Of a stretch of DNA of 16,107 nucleotides, positions 1 through 8,424 are shown piece after piece. A program made the translations under genes and the position numbers. The stretch is from a bacterium (GTDB lineage: Bacteria; Methylomirabilota; Methylomirabilia; CAVQYV01): the NCBI GenBank assembly GCA_043800755.1, contig JAZDMQ010000089.1, positions 1 through 16,107 on the forward strand, written 5' to 3'. The notes under the pieces were generated by a model, which was not told the origin of the DNA, ran no database searches, and was given only the letters and a program-made list of their open reading frames with translations. Each line of letters begins with the position of its first letter. Position 1 is the first letter of the stretch.

Positions 1-1663
1 TGACCTTCTCCAAGACCTGCCCCCGGGGCAGTTTCCATTCCTCCCCGGTTTTCCGCCAGCGGATCTCTACCAGCCCTTCCCGCAGGGCCCGGGGCCCGAT
101 GGTGATGCGCACCGGAATGCCGATCAGATCCGCATCCTTGAACTTGCCGCCCGGGCGCTCGTCCCGGTCATCGAGCAGGGTCTCGATCCCCTGCCCGGTC
201 ATCTCCCCATAGAGATCTTCCGCCATCTCTTGCATCGCGGGCTCCTTGAAGTTGACCGGAAGGATGAGAACCTGGAAAGGGCTGATCGCTCGGGGCCAGA
301 TCATGCCATTCTGATCGTGGCTCTGCTCGATAAGAGCAGCCGCAATGCGCGCAGGTCCGATACCGTAGGACCCCATGACGATTGGCCTTTCCTTTCCCGA
401 TTCGTCCAGGTAGTAAGCCTTCAAGGGCTCCGAGTACTTGGTCCCCAGCTTGAAGATATTGCCCACCTCGATGCAGCGCAAAAAGTCCAATTCTGCCGGG
501 CAACTGGGACAGAGATCCCCTTTCTGCGCCGAGCGGATATCCGCGAAGCGAGCCTGGGAGTGCTCTTGTGGCTTGACCCCTCGCAGGTGAAAGCCGGACT
601 TGTTGGCCCCTGCCACATAGACCCCCTCCTGCAGACAGAGGTCCGCGATCTTGGGCAGGTCCAGATCGACCGGGCCGAGGAAGCCGGCCTCCACCCCTCC
701 CCATTCCATGACCTCCTCACGATGGGCAGGCCTGAACTCCCCGACCAGGCGGGTCAGCTTGGCGGGATGCAGCTGCTGATCGCCCCTCACCATGGCCAGC
801 ATGGGACCATCTTGGGTGACGACCATGATGGTCTTGATCAGCAGCCGGGGGTCGATCTTGAGAAAGGCGGAGACCTCCTCGATGGTGCGGGCCTCGGGGG
901 TGGCGACCTTCTGCAGGGGGACCTCCTGGAAATCGGGGAGGCGGACCTGGGAGACGGCCAGCTCGACATTGGCAGCGTAGCCGCAGGAGGGGCAGAGGGC
1001 GACCTCATCCTCCCCGGCCTCGCTGGGGGCCATAAACTCGTGGGCCCCGGCCCCACCCATCATCCCCGGATCGCTCTCCACCACATAGAACTTCAACCCG
1101 CAGCGGGAGAAGATTTGCCGATAGGCCTGAAGGTGTTGTTGATAGCTCCGCTCCAGCCCTTCCTCATCTTGATCGAAGCTGTAAGAGTCCTTCATGATGA
1201 ATTCGCGGGTGCGGAGCAGGCCGCTCTTGGGCCTGGCCTCGTCCCGCAGCTTGGTTTGAATCTGATACCAGATCTGGGGCAAGTCGCGGTAGGAACGGAT
1301 CTCCCGGGCCGCCAGCCAGGTCATGATTTCCTCATGGGTCATGCCCAGGGCCATATCTCGCCCGCCCCGATCCTTGAGGCGGAACATCTCCTGGCCGATG
1401 TCATACCACCGCCCCGTCTGCTGCCAGATCTCGGCGGGGTGGAGCACGGGCATGAGGAATTCCTGGGCGCCGATGGCCTCCATCTCCTCCCGGATGATCT
1501 GATGGATCTTCTCCATCACCCTCCAACCGAGGGGAAGATAAATGTATAAACCCGCAGCCAACTGTCTGATGAGGCCCCCGCGAACCATGAGTTTGTGGCT
1601 GACGGATTCCGACTCCGCGGGATCCTCCTTCAGGGTGGGGATTAGATAATTAGACCAGCGCAT
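1..1663 (-). CDS. proS: Proline--tRNA ligase, bacterial type; 3' end lies beyond the left window edge
   Basis: Absent from the ORF track because no stop is in the window. Manual translation from ATG at 1663: MRWSNYLIPTLKEDPAESESVSHKLMVRGGLIRQLAAGLYIYLPLGWRVMEKI. The left end reads LLDDRDERPGGKFKDADLIGIPVRITIG (anticodon-binding domain) in the same frame. AAGGAG RBS upstream. Overlaps the ispG stop by 14 nt. Confidence 0.97.
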   Translation of the reverse strand, partial: MRWSNYLIPTLKEDPAESESVSHKLMVRGGLIRQLAAGLYIYLPLGWRVMEKIHQIIREEMEAIGAQEFLMPVLHPAEIWQQTGRWYDIGQEMFRLKDRGGRDMALGMTHEEIMTWLAAREIRSYRDLPQIWYQIQTKLRDEARPKSGLLRTREFIMKDSYSFDQDEEGLERSYQQHLQAYRQIFSRCGLKFYVVESDPGMMGGAGAHEFMAPSEAGEDEVALCPSCGYAANVELAVSQVRLPDFQEVPLQKVATPEARTIEEVSAFLKIDPRLLIKTIMVVTQDGPMLAMVRGDQQLHPAKLTRLVGEFRPAHREEVMEWGGVEAGFLGPVDLDLPKIADLCLQEGVYVAGANKSGFHLRGVKPQEHSQARFADIRSAQKGDLCPSCPAELDFLRCIEVGNIFKLGTKYSEPLKAYYLDESGKERPIVMGSYGIGPARIAAALIEQSHDQNGMIWPRAISPFQVLILPVNFKEPAMQEMAEDLYGEMTGQGIETLLDDRDERPGGKFKDADLIGIPVRITIGPRALREGLVEIRWRKTGEEWKLPRGQVLEKV

Positions 1664-2804
1664 CGGATTTGACTCCTTTTCGTAGCTGTTCTACTGCTTC
1701 CAGCAGGGCATCGACCAGTTCGGCCTCAGGGACCTTCTTCAGGATCTTTCCCCTGCAGAAGAGGATTCCCACGCCCCTGCCTCCCGCAATCCCCAGGTCC
1801 GCAGCCCGGGCCTCCCCCGGCCCATTGACCGGGCAGCCCATGACGGCGATATGGAGAGGATCCGGGATGTCCTTCAATCTCTGTTCTACCTCCCGGGCCA
1901 GGGCCTGGATGTCGATCTCGGCCCGTCCACAGGAGGGACAGGAGATCAGCACCGGACCCCTCTCCCGTAGCCCCAGGGAGCGCAGGATCTCGTAGCCGAC
2001 CCTCACCTCCTCGACCGGGTCCGCGGTCAGGGAGACCCGGAGGGTGTCCCCGATTCCTTCTGCCAGTAGGATCCCCAGGCCGATGGCCGAGCGGATGCCC
2101 CCGCCAAACGCTGTTCCCGCCTCGGTGATCCCGAGATGCAAAGGATAGTCATAGCGCTCGGAGAAGAGGTGATACGCGGCGACGGTGAGGGAAATGTTGA
2201 ACGCCTTCAGGGAGACCTTGATCCGGTCGAAGCCCAAGTCCTCGAGGATCGAAAGGTGCCGGGCCGCGCTCTTTACCATCGCCTCGGCCGTGGGCTGGCC
2301 ATGCCGTGCCAGAAGGTCCTTCTCCAACGAGCCGGCGTTCACCCCGATGCGGATGGGGACCTGCCGCTCCTGGGCAGCCCTGACCACCTCTTCTACCTTC
2401 CAGCGGGCCCCAATATTGCCCGGGTTGAGGCGTAGACCGTCCACTCCTGCCTCCAAGGCGGCCAATGCCAGGCGATGGTCGAAATGGATATCGGCGACGA
2501 TCGGGATGCGGACTTGAGCCTTGATCTCCCTCAGGGAATCCGCCGCAGATGCGTCCGGGACGGCCACGCGGACGATCTCGCAGCCTGCGATTTCCAAGGC
2601 CCTCACCTCTCTCAGGGTGGCCTCCATATCCTCGGTGTCGGTCTTGGTCATCGATTGCACCGAGATCGGAGAATTCCCGCCCACCGCTACCTTCCCCACC
2701 CAGATCTTCTTGGTCTTTTTCCGCGGATGGGGGATCGTGGAAAGATGGCAGGAAGAGTCACCAGGCGGGAGATTGGCGCTTGGTCTGGGGTGTCGGTTCC
2801 TCAC
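1650..2804 (-). CDS. ispG: (E)-4-hydroxy-3-methylbut-2-enyl-diphosphate synthase (GcpE/IspG)
   Basis: Motifs ISVQSMT, ADIHF, RLNPGN, RIGVNAGS, GIGDTLRVSL and the Fe-S cysteines CPSCGR...MGCPVNGPGEA. The likely start is the GTG at 2804, which overlaps the rseP stop (GTGA) and has GGAG upstream. The listed 581-aa ORF over-extends into rseP. Exact start uncertain. Confidence 0.95.
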   Translation of the reverse strand: MRNRHPRPSANLPPGDSSCHLSTIPHPRKKTKKIWVGKVAVGGNSPISVQSMTKTDTEDMEATLREVRALEIAGCEIVRVAVPDASAADSLREIKAQVRIPIVADIHFDHRLALAALEAGVDGLRLNPGNIGARWKVEEVVRAAQERQVPIRIGVNAGSLEKDLLARHGQPTAEAMVKSAARHLSILEDLGFDRIKVSLKAFNISLTVAAYHLFSERYDYPLHLGITEAGTAFGGGIRSAIGLGILLAEGIGDTLRVSLTADPVEEVRVGYEILRSLGLRERGPVLISCPSCGRAEIDIQALAREVEQRLKDIPDPLHIAVMGCPVNGPGEARAADLGIAGGRGVGILFCRGKILKKVPEAELVDALLEAVEQLRKGVKSDALV

Positions 2805-3856
2805 GGGCTGCTCCAGAGGCGAAAGAGGTCGTTGTAGAAGGCAAAGATCATCAGGGCCACCAGGAGAATGAGCCCGACCTGCTGGGCCAGCTCTCGCTTC
2901 CGCAGGGCGATGGGCTTTCCTCTGATTGCCTCCAACAGAAAGAAGAGGAGGTGGCCACCATCCAAAATCGGGATGGGAAGGAGGTTCAAGATGGCAAGGT
3001 TGATGCTCAGGAGGGCGGTGAAAAGGAGTAGGTGGATGAGGCCCATGCGGGCTTGTTCTCCCGCCAACTGGGCGACCAGGATGGGCCCTCCGATGGTCTT
3101 TGCCGGTATTTTGCCCTGTATCAGGCGAACGATGGAGACCCCTATGAGGGCAGAGACCTCCCAGGTGCGGTAGAGGCTGAGGTAGAGGGCGCGGAAAGGA
3201 TTGATCCTCTCGATGACGAATTCTTGGGAGGGGACTATACCGAGGAGGCCGACCTCTACCTCTTCCCCCAGGATAGTCTTCTGTTTGGAGGCCTGGGGGG
3301 TGAGGGTCAGCTCTTGCCGTTTTCCTTCTCGCTCCAGGGTAATCCGGAGCGGCCTTCCCGGGGCGTCGTGGATGCGGAACGCCAGATCGTTCCACCGTTG
3401 CACCCCTTCTCCATTCACGGCCACGATGCGGTCCCCCGCCTTGACCCCTCCCTTGGCTGCCGGAAAGCCCTCTTTGACCTCGCCGATCTTGGTGGTCAGG
3501 GCTGGAATGCCAATGACGAAGCAGAACCAGAATAAAAGCACGGCCAGAAGCAAGTTAAAGGCAGGACCCCCAAAGACGATCAGCGCCCTCTTGCCCACGC
3601 TCTTCTGGGAGAAGGACTTCTGGAGATCGGGCGAAGCCTCTGCCGGGTCCTCACCCACCATCTTGACATAGCCCCCGAGGGGGATCGCGGAGACCAGGTA
3701 TTCGGTTTCGCCCCGGCGAAACCCAAAGAGCTTGGGGCCGAAGCCGAGGGAAAATTTTTGAACCCCCACGCCAGATCGTTTTGCCAGAAGGAAGTGTCCG
3801 GTCTCGTGAGCAAAGATCAAGACGCCCAACACTAAAATGGCCGCAAGGATGCTCAT
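2801..3856 (-). CDS. rseP: RIP (site-2) zinc metalloprotease RseP, M50 family with one PDZ domain
   Basis: HETGH (HExxH), FSLGFGP, IPLGGYVKM, GGPAFN and NLLPIPILDGG motifs; sits between dxr and ispG; ATGA overlap with dxr. Confidence 0.96.
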   Translation of the reverse strand: MSILAAILVLGVLIFAHETGHFLLAKRSGVGVQKFSLGFGPKLFGFRRGETEYLVSAIPLGGYVKMVGEDPAEASPDLQKSFSQKSVGKRALIVFGGPAFNLLLAVLLFWFCFVIGIPALTTKIGEVKEGFPAAKGGVKAGDRIVAVNGEGVQRWNDLAFRIHDAPGRPLRITLEREGKRQELTLTPQASKQKTILGEEVEVGLLGIVPSQEFVIERINPFRALYLSLYRTWEVSALIGVSIVRLIQGKIPAKTIGGPILVAQLAGEQARMGLIHLLLFTALLSINLAILNLLPIPILDGGHLLFFLLEAIRGKPIALRKRELAQQVGLILLVALMIFAFYNDLFRLWSSP

Positions 3857-5016
3857 TTAATCCTCTGCTCCGCCTCTATTTGCCGACGGATTGCCTGGTC
3901 AATCTCCAGGACCTCTTCCAATTCTTTTGCCGGCCGAGGCTGATGGGCGTCTAAGGTCCGACGAATGAGGATGGGAATTCCCTCAAAGGGGATCTTTCTT
4001 TCCAGAAATAACTTCACCGCCATTTCGTTCGCTGCATTGAGGACCACGGGTATGCTGCCTCCCCTGCGGGCCGCCTCATAAGCGTAAGAGAGGCACGGAA
4101 AGCGCTCTCCGTCCAACTCCTCAAAGGTGAGAGGGGAGAGATCGGAGAACTTGAGCGGGGTCCGCCCGCTGCGGAGGCGATGGGGATAAGAAAGGGCATA
4201 AAGGATCGGTAGCTGCATATCGGTAACGGCGAGTTGGGCAAACACGGAACCATCCACAAACTCGACCATCGAGTGAATAATGCACTGGGGATGGATGATT
4301 ACATCGATCCGGTCGATCTCCAGATCAAAAAGCCATCTGGCCTCTATGACCTCCAGGCCCTTGTTCATCAGGGTGGAAGAATCGATGGATACCTTGCGAC
4401 CCATGGCCCAGGTGGGATGGTCCAAGGCACGATCGGGCGTGATTGCGGAGAATTGCTCGCGGGGTAAGCTGCGGAAGGGACCGCCCGAGGCGGTTAAAAT
4501 GATGCGTCGAAGATCCTCCTTATACCTCCCCTCCAAACACTGAAAGATGGCCGAGTGTTCACTGTCGATGGGCAGTATCCGGATCTTCCGCCGGGCAGCC
4601 TCCGTCATGATTAACTCGCCCGCCATCACCAAGCCTTCTTTGTTGGCCAAGGCGACATCCTTCCCCGCGCGCATGGCCTCCAAAGTCGGCTGCAACCCCG
4701 CCGCCCCTACGATGGCCGAAACGACCAGATCGGATAGGGGGTGGGTGGCCACCCCTAATAGGCCTGGGGTTCCCCACTCCACCTGCACCGCATGGGTTGG
4801 GTACTGATTTAGCCGTGATTGCAACTCCTCCGCCGCTTCCCTCGTTTCCATAGAGACCAGTCGGGGCGAAAAGCCCCGAACCTGCTGCTCCATGAGCGGT
4901 ACATTCGACCCCGCAGCCAGGGCGACTACTTCAAATTGCTCGGGATAAAGGGAGGCCACTTCCAAGGTTTTCTTGCCGATGGATCCTGTAGAACCAAGAA
5001 TGGCGAGCTTCTTCAT
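3853..5016 (-). CDS. dxr: 1-deoxy-D-xylulose-5-phosphate reductoisomerase
   Basis: LGSTGSIG, ALANKE, LPIDSEHSAIFQ, LTASGGPF, HPTWAMG and NKGLEVIEA motifs; AGGAG RBS upstream. Confidence 0.98.
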   Translation of the reverse strand: MKKLAILGSTGSIGKKTLEVASLYPEQFEVVALAAGSNVPLMEQQVRGFSPRLVSMETREAAEELQSRLNQYPTHAVQVEWGTPGLLGVATHPLSDLVVSAIVGAAGLQPTLEAMRAGKDVALANKEGLVMAGELIMTEAARRKIRILPIDSEHSAIFQCLEGRYKEDLRRIILTASGGPFRSLPREQFSAITPDRALDHPTWAMGRKVSIDSSTLMNKGLEVIEARWLFDLEIDRIDVIIHPQCIIHSMVEFVDGSVFAQLAVTDMQLPILYALSYPHRLRSGRTPLKFSDLSPLTFEELDGERFPCLSYAYEAARRGGSIPVVLNAANEMAVKLFLERKIPFEGIPILIRRTLDAHQPRPAKELEEVLEIDQAIRRQIEAEQRIK

Positions 5017-5046
5017 TCAGTCTCCTAACCCTTTGCCTTTGTGGCT

Positions 5047-5167
5047 TTGCCTCCAACGGGAAGGACCTTCAGAGGTGCCCTTTATCGGGTGTAGTAAAGG
5101 GCAGTGGGGATCGTCAGCGAGACTTCCTGAAGGTTGCAAGATCCCCGCCGCCTTGGACACCAGGCAA
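5047..5167. other. Structured intergenic element (candidate cis-regulatory RNA or ncRNA) between ftsB and dxr
   Basis: Nested complementary arms: 5047-5051/5163-5167, 5052-5056/5153-5157, 5057-5060/5144-5147, 5065-5072/5127-5134, and a perfect 9-bp hairpin 5076-5084/5095-5103. An alternative helix is 5106-5112/5140-5146. No family recognised. Confidence 0.35.
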
Positions 5168-5350
5168 CTCACGATTGACTCAAATAATGTCTTATGTACC
5201 AGCAGATATGCTAGCAACAGGTATTTTCCGAGGGCCGAACTCCAAGGATAAAGGGGAAAAAGAGAAGCTACAGACAGGTATGGAAAGGCACCGAGTTTCA
5301 ATTTCTCGGGACCTCTTTCCCGGCTGGTACCTCGAGGATGGACCTGGGGT

Positions 5351-5635
5351 TCAAAACTGATAAACGGTCTCTCCTGGCTTCACTAAGCCCAGCTCATCCC
5401 TAGCCACTTTTTCTATTCTTCCCAGATCCTCCTGCCAGGAAGCAGCTTCCTCTTTGAGGGCTGCGTTCTTTGCCTTCGACTCTGCGATCTGAAGATGCAG
5501 ATGCTGCTCAGTTCGATAGAGCCGATAAAGGCTGAGAATGCCTCGGCTGCTAAAGAGAGAGAGGAGAAAAAGCAGAAGGAAAAAAAATCCTACCCACAGC
5601 AAATACCTGCGTGCGCCACCCTTCCCCTTATCCAT
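5351..5635 (-). CDS. ftsB: Septum formation initiator, FtsB/DivIC family
   Basis: N-terminal TM helix, coiled coil, IEKVARDELGLVKPGETVY signature; conserved position downstream of eno. Confidence 0.88.
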   Translation of the reverse strand: MDKGKGGARRYLLWVGFFFLLLFLLSLFSSRGILSLYRLYRTEQHLHLQIAESKAKNAALKEEAASWQEDLGRIEKVARDELGLVKPGETVYQF

Positions 5636-5652
5636 GACGATTCGTTGCCTTT

Positions 5653-6975
<1,323 letters not shown>

Positions 6976-8400
6976 TCAGGAATAAATGAGATCTTTCCCA
7001 GCCGCGAGCAGCCGATCCATTTGGGCCTCGTCCCTTGCTTCCACATAGAGGCGAGCGACTGGCTCGGTTCCGGACACCCGGAAGAGCACCCAGCTTCCGT
7101 CATCGAAGAGCAACTTCATTCCATCCAGATCCCTTAGATCGACCACCTTTTGTCCTCCCAAGGTCATGGGTGGGTAGCGAAGCCTCTCTCGCAGTCGATC
7201 GAGCACCTCTGGTTCCAAGTGGAAGTTCACCCTTCGCGTGAGGATCGGACCGCCCACCTCCACAAAGAGATCTTGGAGCAGTTGACGGAGACGGGCCTTG
7301 TCTGCCTGGGCCAGCATCTCTGCCACCAGGAGACAGGCGAGAATGCCGTCTTTCTCGGGGATATGGCCTTTAATCGAAAGCCCAGCGCTCTCCTCTCCGC
7401 CCAAGATGAGGCGATCTTTGGAGATGAGCTCCCCAATGTACTTGAAGCCCACCGGGGTTTCGATCACCGGAATTCCATACCTCCTAGCCACCGCATCGAT
7501 GAGATGCGTGGTGGCCACAGATCGCGCTACAGCCCCCTCCCATCGGCGGGATTGGACCAGATGTTTGAGCAGCAATGCCAGAATGTAATTGGGCAAGATG
7601 AAGGTGCCATCCGCGTCTACGATCCCGAAACGATCCGCGTCCCCATCTGTGGCCAGACCCAGATGAGAACCGGTTTCCATCACATTGAAGCCGAGTTCCT
7701 TCAGGTTCTCTTCTGAAGGCTCCGGGGCCGCATTCCCGAAGTATGGATCTCGCCAATTGTGGAGAGACTTCGTCTGGCACCCTGCATCCTGGAAGGTTTT
7801 ATCCAAGTAACCCCGAGCGGTCCCATAGAGGGAATCGACCACGATCTTCAGGCCGGAGGAAGCGATGATCCCGAGATCCACAATTTCCCCGAGCCTCTCC
7901 AGGTAAGGCTTCTGAGGATCTACTCTCTCCAATATTCCCTGAGATTCCGCCTCGGCCATGGAGATCTCGTGAAAATGGAAAGGTCCGAGAAACTCCTGGA
8001 CTCGGACCTCGATCCTGCGCGTAACCTGGGGAAGGGCCGGCCCCCCGCTGGGGGAGGAGAATTTCAAGCCGTTATATTCTGCGGGGTTGTGGCTGGCGGT
8101 GATATTGATCGCCCCGCCTGCCCCCCTCCGAATAATCTCGTAAGCAATGGCGGGGGTGGGGGTTGCCTGGGTGCAGAAGAAGGTATGAATGCCATTGGCA
8201 GTCAGGATCTTAGCCACCTGATGGGCAAAGGCCTCGGAGAGGAAACGCGTATCGTAGCCCACGACGATCCCTCTTCCTCCCAGGCCCTCTGCAAGAAGAT
8301 ACTCTGCAATGGCCTGGGTGACGATCCGAACGTTGGTGAAGGTGAAATCGTCCGCAATAACTCCACGCCACCCAGATGTACCGAACCTGATCTGCGCCAT
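6976..8400 (-). CDS. Phosphoglucomutase/phosphomannomutase family protein with intact catalytic motifs
   Basis: FGTSGWRG, phosphoserine loop ITASHNP, metal loop TDGDADRFG, sugar loop GGEESAG and phosphate loop RVSGTEP. Confidence 0.93.
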   Translation of the reverse strand: MAQIRFGTSGWRGVIADDFTFTNVRIVTQAIAEYLLAEGLGGRGIVVGYDTRFLSEAFAHQVAKILTANGIHTFFCTQATPTPAIAYEIIRRGAGGAINITASHNPAEYNGLKFSSPSGGPALPQVTRRIEVRVQEFLGPFHFHEISMAEAESQGILERVDPQKPYLERLGEIVDLGIIASSGLKIVVDSLYGTARGYLDKTFQDAGCQTKSLHNWRDPYFGNAAPEPSEENLKELGFNVMETGSHLGLATDGDADRFGIVDADGTFILPNYILALLLKHLVQSRRWEGAVARSVATTHLIDAVARRYGIPVIETPVGFKYIGELISKDRLILGGEESAGLSIKGHIPEKDGILACLLVAEMLAQADKARLRQLLQDLFVEVGGPILTRRVNFHLEPEVLDRLRERLRYPPMTLGGQKVVDLRDLDGMKLLFDDGSWVLFRVSGTEPVARLYVEARDEAQMDRLLAAGKDLIYS

Positions 8401-8424
8401 AGCGTCTCCCTTTGGGGGCTCAGA

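Noticed and set aside
230-1549. 439-aa plus-strand ORF, and similar long antisense ORFs (7759-8715, 9889-10689, 11747-12418, 12689-13492, 13810-14607)
   Set aside because: Shadow ORFs opposite well-supported genes in GC-rich DNA, with no recognisable motifs.
2805-3395. N-terminal ~196 aa of the listed 581-aa ispG ORF
   Set aside because: Alternative frame inside rseP, Pro/Arg/His-rich junk translation; not a fusion.
5103-5153. Minus-strand resemblance to the fluoride (crcB) riboswitch (GGCGGCGGGGATC...AACC...GCTGACGATCCCCAC)
   Set aside because: The conserved GAUG 5' motif and the P1 stem are missing, and dxr is not a typical target. cmscan would settle it.
5017-5301. 94-aa minus-strand ORF between ftsB and dxr
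   Set aside because: TTG start, no recognisable domain, and it overlaps a region better explained as promoter plus structured leader. It cannot be fully excluded.
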